A stretch of DNA of 48,636 nt from Kiritimatiellia bacterium (GCA_017458965.1 JAFSZJ010000048.1:1-48636); one strand, 5' to 3'. Numbered from the stretch's first letter, positions 36,380 through 45,927 are shown. A program made the numbers and translations. The notes: generated from the letters alone by a model not told the origin.

Positions 36380-37252
36380 ATGGCGTCACTCGTTCTAGGT
36401 CTGCCGAAGGGCAGTTTGCAGGAAGCCACCTTCGCAATGATGCGCAAGGCTGGGTTCAACCTTTCCGTGTCTTCGCGCAGCTACATCCCGACGTGCGACG
36501 ACGAGGATCTCAAATGCCGTCTCCTCCGTCCGCAGGAGATACCGCGATATGTGGAATTGGGGCTTCTCGATTCCGGAATCACCGGCTACGACTGGATCTA
36601 CGAGAACAACGCCGACGTCGTTGAGGTGTGCGAGCTCTGCTACTCCAAGGCCACCTCGCGCCCAGTCCGCTGGGTCATCGCCGTCCCCAACGACTCCCCC
36701 ATCCAGTCCGTCAAGGACCTGGAAGGCAAGCGCATATCCTCGGAGGCCGTCGGTCTCACGCGGCGCTACCTCGAGGCCAACGGCGTCAATGCCGACGTCG
36801 AGTTCTCCTGGGGCGCGACCGAGGTCAAGGCCCCCGAGCTCGTGGACGCCATCGTCGATCTTACGGAGACCGGCTCATCCCTCCGCGCCAACAACCTGCG
36901 GATCCTCGCCACGATCCTCACGTCCACCACGCGTCTCATAGCCAACAAGACCGCATGGGAGGACGCCGACAAGCGCGCCAAGCTCGAGCAGATCGCCATG
37001 CTCATGACGGGCGCCCTCCAGGCGGAGTCGCGCGTCCTGCTCAAGATGAACGTCGGTTCCGCCAACCTTGGCAAGGTCATCGAGATCCTGCCTGCTCTTC
37101 ACACACCTACGGTCAACGCGCTTGACGCGGATGGCTGGCATGCGGTGGAGTCCGTCGTGGAGGAGTCCAAGGTCAGGGAGCTGGTCCCGCGCCTCAAGGC
37201 GGCGGGGGCCGAAGGGCTGATTGAACTTCCGCTCAACAAGATCATTTTCTGA
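36380..37252 (+). CDS. hisG: ATP phosphoribosyltransferase (long form)
   Basis: Start reassigned to ATG 36380. Motifs MASLVLGLPKGSLQEATFAMMRKAGF, RPQEIPRYVELGLLDSGITGYDW and LTETGSSLRANNL. About 290 aa including a C-terminal regulatory domain. Confidence 0.9.
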   Translation: MASLVLGLPKGSLQEATFAMMRKAGFNLSVSSRSYIPTCDDEDLKCRLLRPQEIPRYVELGLLDSGITGYDWIYENNADVVEVCELCYSKATSRPVRWVIAVPNDSPIQSVKDLEGKRISSEAVGLTRRYLEANGVNADVEFSWGATEVKAPELVDAIVDLTETGSSLRANNLRILATILTSTTRLIANKTAWEDADKRAKLEQIAMLMTGALQAESRVLLKMNVGSANLGKVIEILPALHTPTVNALDADGWHAVESVVEESKVRELVPRLKAAGAEGLIELPLNKIIF

Positions 37253-37297
37253 CGACCCCGCAAGGGGCGCAACTGTCAATCCATCAAGGAGAAAAAA

Positions 37298-37384
37298 GTG
37301 GGTTCCATCAAGAAGAAAAGGCGCGCGAAAATGTCGAAGCACAAGCACGACAAGCGTCTGAAGGCCAACAGGCACAAGAAGTAG
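37298..37384 (+). CDS. small basic protein resembling ribosomal protein bS22 (AURKAIP1/COX24-like); not in the ORF track
   Basis: GTG 37298 with AAGGAG at 37286-37291, and TAG at 37382-37384. It encodes (M)GSIKKKRRAKMSKHKHDKRLKANRHKK. The GS-IKKRR-x-M-x-K-x-KH-x-K-x-L pattern matches actinobacterial bS22 as I remember it. Confidence 0.65.
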   Translation: MGSIKKKRRAKMSKHKHDKRLKANRHKK

Positions 37385-37430
37385 CGCACCCCACCCTTCA
37401 CATGGGATCCGTGAGGGGGCGGAGCGGTCG

Positions 37431-38507
37431 ATGAGGGCCATTCACCAGATCACGGCGGGTTTCAGGCGTGGCGATGCCATAAGCAATGCCGCGCTTTTGG
37501 TGCGTGGCGTCTTCCGTTCCTGGGGATGCCGCTCCGATATCCTCTCGCGGTCGAGATCGATCGCGCCGGACATGAGGCGCGAGGCTTGCGACATCGACGA
37601 AGCCGTACGCGAAATCAATCCCGACGACATCGCCGTCCTCCATCTATCCATCGGCAACCCGGTGAACCTTGCGTTCCGCGACCTTCGCTGCCGCAAGGCG
37701 ATCATCTACCACAACATAACGCCCTCCAGATACTTCCGCCTTCTCGACCCGCGCACGGCGGCCGATCTCGACCTTGGCAGGGAACAGCTCCGGATGCTTG
37801 CGGGAGTGGCCGATCTCAACATGGCGGTCAGCGCCTACAACGCCAACGAGCTCCGTGAGGCCGGGTATGCCGACGTCAAGGTGCTTCCCCTCCCCGTGGA
37901 CGTCGATTCGTTCGTCAAGGGCGGCATCGACGAGCACACTATGAGGCTTCTTGGAGGCGGACAGCGCAACGTCCTCTTCGTAGGGCGTTGCGCACCGAAC
38001 AAGAAGTTGGAGGACTGCCTGCTCGTGGCCTACCACCTCGCCCACATCATGCCAGGCACGCGCTTCATCCGCGTCGGCTCGCAAAGCGGCGCCGAAGCGT
38101 ACTTCGGACTGGTCCAGGCCTTCGGCAAGGCGCTCGGGCTGACAAACTACATAGATCTAAAAGGCGTGTCGCAGCAGGTGCTCAATGCATGCTATGCGTC
38201 TGCCGACGCATTCCTATGCGTCAGCGAGCATGAAGGCTTCTGCGCCCCCCTTGTCGAGGCCATGCTCCATCGGGTGCCGGTCTTCGCCTTGGCGACATCC
38301 GCCATACCCGAGACGCTTGGCGGGGCCGGGATGCTCTTCGAGCAACCATTCGACGCCCCGCTGATCGCCGAGACGATGGCTGAGGTGTTCCAGAACCCAG
38401 ACCTGCGCGAGGCTATACTCAAGCGGCAGGACGAACGCATCGCGGCGTTCCGCAACCGGGACCTGGACGGCGAGATGCGCGCGCTCTTCGCTCCGCTCCT
38501 GGCATAG
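37431..38507 (+). CDS. glycosyltransferase, GT-B fold (GT4 / Glycos_transf_1 family)
   Basis: 358 aa. GGAG 6 nt upstream of the ATG. EHEGFCAPLVEAMLHRVPVFA is the E-x7-E region, and VLFVGRCAPNKK is also present. Confidence 0.85.
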   Translation: MRAIHQITAGFRRGDAISNAALLVRGVFRSWGCRSDILSRSRSIAPDMRREACDIDEAVREINPDDIAVLHLSIGNPVNLAFRDLRCRKAIIYHNITPSRYFRLLDPRTAADLDLGREQLRMLAGVADLNMAVSAYNANELREAGYADVKVLPLPVDVDSFVKGGIDEHTMRLLGGGQRNVLFVGRCAPNKKLEDCLLVAYHLAHIMPGTRFIRVGSQSGAEAYFGLVQAFGKALGLTNYIDLKGVSQQVLNACYASADAFLCVSEHEGFCAPLVEAMLHRVPVFALATSAIPETLGGAGMLFEQPFDAPLIAETMAEVFQNPDLREAILKRQDERIAAFRNRDLDGEMRALFAPLLA

Positions 38508-38511
38508 GCGC

Positions 38512-39204
38512 ATGAAGGCTGATGCGATGCGGACCGGGCTGATCGTCGCGATGGACAAGGAGTACGACAGGTTCGTGCGCCTTCTCGCGGACGCCGCGCC
38601 GCTTGAGGCCGGGGCCTTCAAGTGCATCGCGGGCCACATCGGCGGCCTCGACGTCGCGCTGATGCGCTCCGGCATCGGCAAGGTTCATGCGGCGCTTGGC
38701 GCCAACGCGCTCGTCGGGCTCTTCCGTCCGGACATCGTCATCAGCTCCGGCGTCGCCGGCGGACTTGACGCCACACTGCATCCAGGCGACGTGGTCGCCG
38801 CGACTGAGATCGCCTATCATGACGTCTGGTGCGGCGAAGGCAATGTCCTAGGGCAGGTGCAGGGGCTGCCGCCGCGATTCGCATGCGCTGCTGACGCGGT
38901 CGAGGCGGCAAGACGCGGCGGCGCCCGTACGGGACTGGTCGTCAGCGGCGACAGGTTCGTCCAGGCATCGGGCGAGCTGTCCGCAATAAAGGCCGCCTTC
39001 CCAGAGGCGCTGGCCGTCGACATGGAGTCTGGCGCGATCGCACAGACATGCCACATCCTCGGGGTTCCGTTCTTAGCCATTCGTGCCATAAGCGATGTCG
39101 TAGGCGACTCATCCCAAGCGTCTCAATACAAGGGCTTCTGGGACACGCTCGCGGAACGCTCGTTCGACACCACGCGACTGATCGTGTCGTCGCTCGCGTC
39201 CTGA
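38512..39204 (+). CDS. mtnN: 5'-methylthioadenosine/S-adenosylhomocysteine nucleosidase
   Basis: Collinear with E. coli MTAN as remembered: SGIGKVHAALGA, SSGVAGGL, VVSGDRFV, AVDMESGAIAQTCH and AIRAISDV. A futalosine-hydrolase role cannot be excluded. Confidence 0.85.
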   Translation: MKADAMRTGLIVAMDKEYDRFVRLLADAAPLEAGAFKCIAGHIGGLDVALMRSGIGKVHAALGANALVGLFRPDIVISSGVAGGLDATLHPGDVVAATEIAYHDVWCGEGNVLGQVQGLPPRFACAADAVEAARRGGARTGLVVSGDRFVQASGELSAIKAAFPEALAVDMESGAIAQTCHILGVPFLAIRAISDVVGDSSQASQYKGFWDTLAERSFDTTRLIVSSLAS

Positions 39205-41516
39205 TGGATGGCAAGGTGACATCTGAACTGCTATCGCCCGCAGGCTCGTTCGAGGCGGCCCTTGCGGCCTTCCAGTTCGGGGCAGACGCGATATACCTTG
39301 GTCTTGGCTCGCTTTCGGCCCGCGCCGAAGCGGTTAACTTCTCGGCCGACGACCTCGCCCGCATCTGCGCCTACGCACATTCCCTTTCGCCACGTCGCTC
39401 GGTCTATGCGGCGATCAACACGCTCGTCCGCGACGACGAGATCGACGAGGCCGTCCTGGCGCTCGACGCGACGGCCTCCGCAGGAGTCGACGCCGTCATA
39501 GTTCAGGATTTCGCGGTCTTCGACCTGATCCGACGCCACTTCCCGTCACTGAAGGCCCACGCCAGCACGCAGATGGCGATCCACAACCTCGAAGGAGCCG
39601 TCGCCCTCCGCGATCTTGGCTTCTCGCGGGTCGTCCTGGCACGCGAGCTGTCCTTCGACGAGATACGCCGCATCACCGCCGAGGCCGGAGTGGAGACGGA
39701 GGTCTTCGTGCACGGCGCGCTCTGCTACGGCTACAGCGGTCTATGCCTATTCTCCGCGTTCCGCACCGGACGGAGCGGCAACCGTGGACGTTGCGCCTAT
39801 TGCTGCCGAGGAGAGTTCCATGCCCCGGGGGATGCGCATGGTTCGTACCCATTCTCCATGCGCGACCTCTTCCTCCTCGACCATGTCCGCGACCTCCGAG
39901 ACGCCGGGGTCGCGAGCCTGAAGATCGAAGGCCGCATGAAGTCCCCCCTGTACGTCGCGTCCGTGACGGACCTGTACCGACGTGAACTGGATGGCGCCTT
40001 CGCCGATGCACGGGAGCGGAACGAGGCCATTTCGGATGTCCGCACCGTGTTCTCGCGTCCGGCCACATCGCTCTACTTCGATGGTGCGTCATCGCCAGAC
40101 CGCATAATCGATCCATGCGCCGTCGGCCATCGTGGCGCACTAGTCGGCCAAGTGCGGTCCGTGCGCCGCGACGAGCGCGGCGCGCGCTGGCTGCGCTTCG
40201 CGCCGCAGCGTCCGCTCGAAGTCCACGACGGGCTTCAGGTCGAATTCCCGGACATGGAGGGCGGCCGCCCGTTCGGTTTCGCAATCGACCGCATGCGACT
40301 GGCCGGAGAACGCCGCGATCGTTTCGAAGTCCCGTCCGAATCCCGTGTCGAGGTGCTGCTGCCACGCGACGCACCCGTAATCCCCGACGGGGCGCAGGTC
40401 TTCTGCGCGTCCTCCCAAGCGGTCAAACGCCGCTTCGCCGTTCGCACACCGCGTGACGCCGAACTTCGCGCCGCGTTGCCCGTGGCGTTCAAGGTGACCC
40501 TTGAACCCGGGGGCATCTCCTGCGAGGCTGACGCCGGGGGTGTCGCCGTCCGCCGTTCCATCCCGACCACACTCGGTCCGGCCCGAAACCCGGATATGAC
40601 CGCAGACGCCGTCCGCAAGGCATTCTCCCGGCTTGGCGACACGCGATGGTCCGCGACCTCGGTGGATGTTGAAGACCCACTCTCGCTCTATGCTCCAGCC
40701 TCCGTACTGAACGAGGCCCGCCGCGCCATCGTCGCCGACCTAGACGCCGAACGCGCCGCTGCCCACGACAAGGCCATCGCCGATGTCCGCGCAGCAATAG
40801 CCGTCGCGTCCGCGACGCCCATATCCCCTACCCTGCCACAGCCTCCGCGACGCTCGGTGAAGGTGCGGATTGAAGCCAATATGCCACGCTGCGACGGATT
40901 CGACGAGACCGTCGTCGCGCTGTCGTGCGAGGCATGCCGCGATGTCGCGGCATTGGCGAGGCGAATCGCCGAGTGGAAGACCGCATGCGGGCGCTTGCGG
41001 CTCTCGCTCCCCATTGTCATGAGGCATGGCGAGTCCGATATCTGCGCCGCTGCGGTCTCCGCCTTGGCCGACGCCGGATTCAAGGATTGGGAATGCTGCG
41101 ATGTTTCCGGGCTCGCGATCCTGCGGCGGCTTTCCGACGGACGCTTCTCCATCACGGCGGACGGGTCGCTCTACTCATTCAATGGGCTCTCGGCCCGTTT
41201 CCTGCGCTCGATGGGCGTGGCAGCAGCCGTCGCCCCATTCGAGATGGACGACGAACAGCTGCTGGACGCCGTCGGCTACGGGGCGTCATGGTTCATGGTG
41301 CCGGTGCGTTTCCGCCCGAATCTCTTCATATCCGAGACGCGCCCCATGGATGGCTCGTCCTCCAACGCCATCGCGCTCGAGGACCGTTCCGGGCGGCGAT
41401 TCGAGACCGCAGTCCGCGACGGACGCTGGATCACACGCGATGCCGCGCCCATCGTCCGCGACGAGGCCCGATTCGCCGCCGCCGGCTTCACCATGTTCCG
41501 CCACGACCTTACGTGA
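39204..41516 (+). CDS. peptidase U32 family protein, long form (RlhA/YdcP-like with C-terminal extension)
   Basis: ATG 39204 overlaps the mtnN stop (TGATG). Motifs ELLSPAGSFEAALAAFQFGADAIYLG, ASTQMAIHN, VFVHGALCYGYSGLCLFS, GRSGNRGRCAYCCR and LKIEGRMKS. Confidence 0.85.
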   Translation: MDGKVTSELLSPAGSFEAALAAFQFGADAIYLGLGSLSARAEAVNFSADDLARICAYAHSLSPRRSVYAAINTLVRDDEIDEAVLALDATASAGVDAVIVQDFAVFDLIRRHFPSLKAHASTQMAIHNLEGAVALRDLGFSRVVLARELSFDEIRRITAEAGVETEVFVHGALCYGYSGLCLFSAFRTGRSGNRGRCAYCCRGEFHAPGDAHGSYPFSMRDLFLLDHVRDLRDAGVASLKIEGRMKSPLYVASVTDLYRRELDGAFADARERNEAISDVRTVFSRPATSLYFDGASSPDRIIDPCAVGHRGALVGQVRSVRRDERGARWLRFAPQRPLEVHDGLQVEFPDMEGGRPFGFAIDRMRLAGERRDRFEVPSESRVEVLLPRDAPVIPDGAQVFCASSQAVKRRFAVRTPRDAELRAALPVAFKVTLEPGGISCEADAGGVAVRRSIPTTLGPARNPDMTADAVRKAFSRLGDTRWSATSVDVEDPLSLYAPASVLNEARRAIVADLDAERAAAHDKAIADVRAAIAVASATPISPTLPQPPRRSVKVRIEANMPRCDGFDETVVALSCEACRDVAALARRIAEWKTACGRLRLSLPIVMRHGESDICAAAVSALADAGFKDWECCDVSGLAILRRLSDGRFSITADGSLYSFNGLSARFLRSMGVAAAVAPFEMDDEQLLDAVGYGASWFMVPVRFRPNLFISETRPMDGSSSNAIALEDRSGRRFETAVRDGRWITRDAAPIVRDEARFAAAGFTMFRHDLT

Positions 41517-41559
41517 GGTCGCGCCAGGAGCGCAGCTGGGTGAAGTGCAGCCGTGCATG

Positions 41560-41589
41560 CGTAGGCGTTGCGCCGCTGCGCAACGCCTA
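41560..41589. terminator. perfect 13-bp stem / 4-nt loop hairpin between convergent genes (no U-tract)
   Basis: gtaggcgttgcgc-cgct-gcgcaacgcctac. The 3' arm contains the stop codon of the minus-strand 1446-aa gene, and the hairpin begins 44 nt after the U32 stop. Confidence 0.5.
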
Positions 41590-44500
41590 CTTCACTATGA
41601 ACATTGTCGGCTGGATGACGTCGTCGCTGCGGACCGTGAGCACGCCGGATCCGGTGAAGAGGTCGTCGCGGACGAACTCTGCGCTCGATTCCGACGAGCC
41701 ATACGTGCCGCGCACGAGGCTCTGCCACTCGGGCGTTTCCGGGTAGTCGCGGACGTAGAGCTTCTTGCACGAAGCCGTCACGCCGGACGGCAGCTCGACC
41801 TTTCCAAACCAGCCCGCTGCGCCGTCGAGCTTCAGGACATTTCCCGTCGTCGAGTCCCCGTTGGGGAGGCTGAGCGTCGCGTTCGCGAAGACGCGGATCG
41901 GCAGGTTCTTCGCGAGCGAACAGGCGTGGGTCGCGTCGCCAAGCGCCAGCGTGCCGGCGTTGACGGCGATTTCGTCCGCGATGTTCGTCTGGCTCCCGCC
42001 GAGCGTCAGGTAGCCCGTGTAGGCCGCGACGAAGCCGCCGGGCGCCGTGACGTCCGCCCAGATCTGGTTCGGAGTCGAGGCGCTGCCGGACTTGGCGAAG
42101 ACGTAGCCGGGATGCGTCGCGTCGCCAAGGACGAGCGAGCCGTTGTCCGTGCGACCGGGCTGGCCGATGGAGGACTTGCTGTTGTGCAGGAGGAGCCCGC
42201 CGGACGTGAGCGTGAGCGTACGCCCTTCGCCGAGCCACTTGTTCTTGTTCTCGTTGTAGAGATAGAGCGAGTTGAGCGTGACGTCATCGCCGATCTGAAT
42301 CGTCTTGTCCCACACGTAGGCGTTGGACTTATCGCTCGCCGCGGCGTCGAGCGCCGTGTTGTTGTAAACAGGGCGGATCAGGCGGTCGTCTGCGTCGAAG
42401 CAGGCGAAGAGCGGATAGCGGTTCCAGTCGTCGTCCCATGCCGTGATGGGCGCGACCATCCACGGGACGATCGGGTAAACGTCGGACTGCTCCGGATCTC
42501 CCTCGGCGCCGACGAGGTAGGCGGAGACGCCGTGCAGGATCGTGACCTCGTTGGTCAACGTCGCGGTGGAGGCGAGGCTCGAGCGCGACTGGTCAACGAT
42601 GCGGATCGTCGCCTTGTCGCCGTGGACGAGCTTGTCCACCTCGAGCCAGTTGATCGCGTTGTCGCCGCCATGGCCGACAATGTTGTTCAGGCCGCCCTCG
42701 ACCGTGAGGCGCTTCGTGTGTCGCAGGTCTTTGACACCGCCGGCGGCGCCGGCGCCCCACGCGCCGTTCTGGTTCGGATGGCGAACCACGGTGCCGCCGT
42801 GGAGCAGGACGGCGCGGGGGAACCAGTTCGTCCCGGGGTGCTTGGGTTCCGAGCCGTAGCCGTGGTTCCAGCCGACCTTCAGGGCGCCGGCAGTGTCCCA
42901 GCCCCAGTCCGTGCGGGGCGCCCCGCCGTTCCGGGAGACCTGTCCTACCACCTCGACCGCGAGGTTCGTGCAGGTTTCGGTGCGGAAGTAGATCGGGCCG
43001 CTGCGGTCGTTGCTGTCGTTCGAGTAGCCGCCGGAGTCGCGGATCGTGCCGGTGAAGTTCTCCAGACTGCTGTCCCAGCGCATCGTGCCGCTGGAGCGGT
43101 TCCAGAAGACGCCGTTGCCCTCCAGCCGTCCGGGCCACATCGTGGCGCCCATGCTGTTGCCCGTCCGGTCGAAGTTCACGACGGAGACCGTCACGTTCGT
43201 CGGGATGATGTGCGTATTGGCGTTCACCGAGAAGCGGCCGCGGCAGTTCGTGTTGGCCGAGCCGTCCCAGCCGGCGTCCAGCACCGTGTCCGAGCGGTAT
43301 TCGGTGTGGTGCTCGTAGCCGCCGAACGTGAGCTCGTTCTGGCGGCTCTCGGTCGTGTTCGCGCAGACCCGGACGACGACCGGCTCGCCGTCCGTGCGCT
43401 CGAAGAACACCGTCTTCAGGGTGGAGTTCTTGTGCCGCTCGAGGACGAGCTTGTCGTTCGTCGTGTCGAGGAACTGGCCGTAGTAGAGTCCGCCGACCGT
43501 GACGTCCTCCGTGAGCCGGAGGTATTTGCCGCCGGTGTATTGGTAGAACGGGATCACCGCGATGTCGTCCGCGTTCTTCGGCCAGGAGTCGTTCGACTCG
43601 GAACCGACCTTCTCCCACGCGGCGGCGCTCGTCCAGATGCGGTCGCCCGTGGCGACCGTCTCCTGGTAGATATAGATTGAGCCGTCGCCGATCGCCTCGG
43701 GGAGGACGATCACCGCGAGCGTGTTCTGCGCTCCGGCGGTGTCGATGCACTTCACGCCGACGATGCCGGGCTCGAGCGCGGTAAGGACGTTGCCGTCGAG
43801 CGAGAGGAAGCGCCCGTTCATCACCGTGTAGGAGGCGGTGCCGGCCAGTTCGGGGAGCGTCGCCACGTCGCCCACGTGCAGCCGCAGGGCGGTGGCGGAG
43901 GAGACGTGGTCGGAAACGGACGAAACGGACACGGCGGCGGAACCGGGCGTGACGGGTATCGTCCACGTCTTCGTGTAGGTCGCGCCGCCCGCGTCGGCCG
44001 TCACGGTCACGGTCGCCGTCGCCGCGCCGGACGCGGCGGCGACGCCGGTCCAGGAAAGAGTTTGGGCGGACGTGAAGTTCTTCGCGTCGAGCGTCCGGCC
44101 GTCGTAGACGAGCGTCGCGCTGCACGAGGCGCCGTCGAAAACCTCCGTGACGCCGAAGGTCAGGTCGACGGTCGAATTGTCGGCCGCGAACGAATAGCCG
44201 ATGCCCGTTGCGGCGATTGGCACGTCGCGCGTTTGGTAGGAGCCGTCGAGCGGAACGTAGGTAACAAGCCCCCACTCGTTCACGATGCGCAGACGCAGAT
44301 AGTATGACGTGTCAGGCGTAAGGCCAGGGACGGTGTAGTTCGCGGGCGTGTCAAGCATGGCGGCGGCTTCGGACGACGCGGCGGCGAGCGTCGCGAAATA
44401 GGACGACGTCGAAGCCTCGACTCGCGCCGTGGCGGACTCGGATCCCGTGCCGAAGTCGGAAACGGTCGCGGACGCCGTGAGCGTCGTGAAGCCGCGCGAA

Positions 44501-45927
44501 TGGAACAGGATCGAACCGGCCGGGGGCTGGGGATCGCGCGTAGTGAAGGCGGCAACGCCAGACTCGCCGGCCACGCCGAACGAATTCGTCACCTGGAGCT
44601 GCGCGTAGTAGGTCGTGTTCGTCGCGAGCGGAACGACCGGGACGGAAATCGTCGCGGGGGCCGCCAAGACACGGGAGAGCGGAAGGACGTAGAGGGGGGC
44701 GGAAAGGTCGGCGTTCGTGCTCACGACAAGGCGCGGATCGACCCAGCTCGCGTCCGTCACCATCAGATCGTCCATGCCGAGCGAGCCAATGGTCGCAGTG
44801 AGCGTCGCGTTCGTGTAGAGGACGGCGGACGACGGCGCGACGAGGCCCGCCTCGGGCGCGGCGGACGCCTCATACGCCTCGGCCGCGCCGGCCGTGAGGA
44901 ACGTCGGATCGCTCTGCGTCGCGTAGTCCGCGGCGATCCAGTCGGCGGAACGGACCGTGGGGGAGAGCCGGTATTCGTCGATGAGGCCGACGAAACCCTG
45001 GTCGTTGCCCCACTGGTTGCGGGCCAGCCACATTTCGATCGAGCCTGTCTTGTTATTGATCCCCCCCGTGTTCTGCTCCGTCTTGAGGACGCCGTCCATG
45101 TAGTGCTTGGCGCCGAGCGACGTGTTTGGGATGAACGAGAGGGCGAAGTAATGCCACTCGTTCGCGGTGGTGATGAAGTTGCCCACGTTGCCGTAGTCGG
45201 CAACGGCCGGCGTCGTGATCTTGACGGCATTCCCTTCCATGCGGTAGGAGATGAAGCCGCTCTTGCCGAAGAGCGCCTGGTTGCCGGACAAGGCCGCGAT
45301 GTTGACCCAGCCCTCGATCGTGTAGCCGTTCGCGGTGAGTTCGGATTCCTCCTGCGAGGAGCCGCACGAAACGTAGGAGGACTTGTTCGGATACGACAGG
45401 CCGGAGCCGACGACGCCTGTCGTGAGCGCGACGTTGCCGAATGCCGTGCCGTCGTTGCCGGAGCCGGAGGCGTCCGCAGGCGAGGTCGCGTTCATGTGCC
45501 AGACGCCCTTGTAGCCCGCGAAGGGGTTGTCGGCGCAGACGGTCTTGCCGCTCGTCGCGGAACCCCAGCACATGACGAACTGCGTCCCCTGCTCCATCGA
45601 GGGGAGCTTTACCCAGACGAACGACGTGCCCTCCGGGTTCCACGTGTCGATCTCGAACGGCAGGCCGTTGCCGGCGGTGTCGATGAAGCAGATGTCCGCG
45701 CCGTCGGAGGGCGACAGAAGCTGCGAGTAGGCGAAGCCGGACGGCGAGTCGTCCGCGATCCGCACGAGGATCGGGAAGTCAGCGAGCGCAGACTTGGACG
45801 AGTCATAGCCGGTGACTTCGAACTGCGCGCCACGAGCGAACGAGGCGGCGGTCGGCCGCGGCAGCGCGGATGAATGAAGTGCGCAAAGCGCACCAAGCGC
45901 CAATGCGGCAAGAACTGAGTTTCTCAT
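41587..45927 (-). CDS. giant secreted surface protein: DUF2341 + LamG-like + Ig-like repeats + autotransporter-associated beta-strand (PATR) repeats
   Basis: 1446 aa. Signal peptide MRNSVLAALALGALCALHSSA. DUF2341-like block FPILVRI...ICFIDTAGNGLPFEIDTWNPEGTSFVWVKLP. LamG-like block GNDGTAFGNV...GYTIEGWV. PATR-like blocks AYTGYLTLGGSQ and VNAGTLALGD. AAGGGGA lies upstream of the ATG. Confidence 0.85.
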   Translation of the reverse strand: MRNSVLAALALGALCALHSSALPRPTAASFARGAQFEVTGYDSSKSALADFPILVRIADDSPSGFAYSQLLSPSDGADICFIDTAGNGLPFEIDTWNPEGTSFVWVKLPSMEQGTQFVMCWGSATSGKTVCADNPFAGYKGVWHMNATSPADASGSGNDGTAFGNVALTTGVVGSGLSYPNKSSYVSCGSSQEESELTANGYTIEGWVNIAALSGNQALFGKSGFISYRMEGNAVKITTPAVADYGNVGNFITTANEWHYFALSFIPNTSLGAKHYMDGVLKTEQNTGGINNKTGSIEMWLARNQWGNDQGFVGLIDEYRLSPTVRSADWIAADYATQSDPTFLTAGAAEAYEASAAPEAGLVAPSSAVLYTNATLTATIGSLGMDDLMVTDASWVDPRLVVSTNADLSAPLYVLPLSRVLAAPATISVPVVPLATNTTYYAQLQVTNSFGVAGESGVAAFTTRDPQPPAGSILFHSRGFTTLTASATVSDFGTGSESATARVEASTSSYFATLAAASSEAAAMLDTPANYTVPGLTPDTSYYLRLRIVNEWGLVTYVPLDGSYQTRDVPIAATGIGYSFAADNSTVDLTFGVTEVFDGASCSATLVYDGRTLDAKNFTSAQTLSWTGVAAASGAATATVTVTADAGGATYTKTWTIPVTPGSAAVSVSSVSDHVSSATALRLHVGDVATLPELAGTASYTVMNGRFLSLDGNVLTALEPGIVGVKCIDTAGAQNTLAVIVLPEAIGDGSIYIYQETVATGDRIWTSAAAWEKVGSESNDSWPKNADDIAVIPFYQYTGGKYLRLTEDVTVGGLYYGQFLDTTNDKLVLERHKNSTLKTVFFERTDGEPVVVRVCANTTESRQNELTFGGYEHHTEYRSDTVLDAGWDGSANTNCRGRFSVNANTHIIPTNVTVSVVNFDRTGNSMGATMWPGRLEGNGVFWNRSSGTMRWDSSLENFTGTIRDSGGYSNDSNDRSGPIYFRTETCTNLAVEVVGQVSRNGGAPRTDWGWDTAGALKVGWNHGYGSEPKHPGTNWFPRAVLLHGGTVVRHPNQNGAWGAGAAGGVKDLRHTKRLTVEGGLNNIVGHGGDNAINWLEVDKLVHGDKATIRIVDQSRSSLASTATLTNEVTILHGVSAYLVGAEGDPEQSDVYPIVPWMVAPITAWDDDWNRYPLFACFDADDRLIRPVYNNTALDAAASDKSNAYVWDKTIQIGDDVTLNSLYLYNENKNKWLGEGRTLTLTSGGLLLHNSKSSIGQPGRTDNGSLVLGDATHPGYVFAKSGSASTPNQIWADVTAPGGFVAAYTGYLTLGGSQTNIADEIAVNAGTLALGDATHACSLAKNLPIRVFANATLSLPNGDSTTGNVLKLDGAAGWFGKVELPSGVTASCKKLYVRDYPETPEWQSLVRGTYGSSESSAEFVRDDLFTGSGVLTVRSDDVIQPTMFIVK

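Noticed and set aside
36288-36398. 36-codon ORF (MGYQVVSCKEYALATRSMKCYHHQTLRLEKIWRHSF) upstream of and overlapping the hisG start, considered as a possible histidine leader peptide.
   Set aside because: It has only two consecutive His codons. The best promoter (36325-36353) lies inside it, and I found no alternative terminator/antiterminator pairing.
37390-37420. Imperfect hairpin cccttcac-atgggatcc-gtgagggg after the bS22-like gene, and a ccccgcaagggg mini-hairpin after hisG (37256-37270).
   Set aside because: The stems are short (4-8 bp, one G-U pair) with no U-tract. They are too weak to call as terminators.
41026-45873. Very long alternative-frame and antisense ORFs inside the 1446-aa gene (41026-43680 +, 42593-44275 -, 44500-45873 +, 41276-42238 -).
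   Set aside because: They are Arg/Gly/Ala/Pro-rich with no recognisable motifs, which is typical of shadow ORFs in GC-rich coding DNA. The minus-strand 41587-45927 frame carries all the domain signatures.
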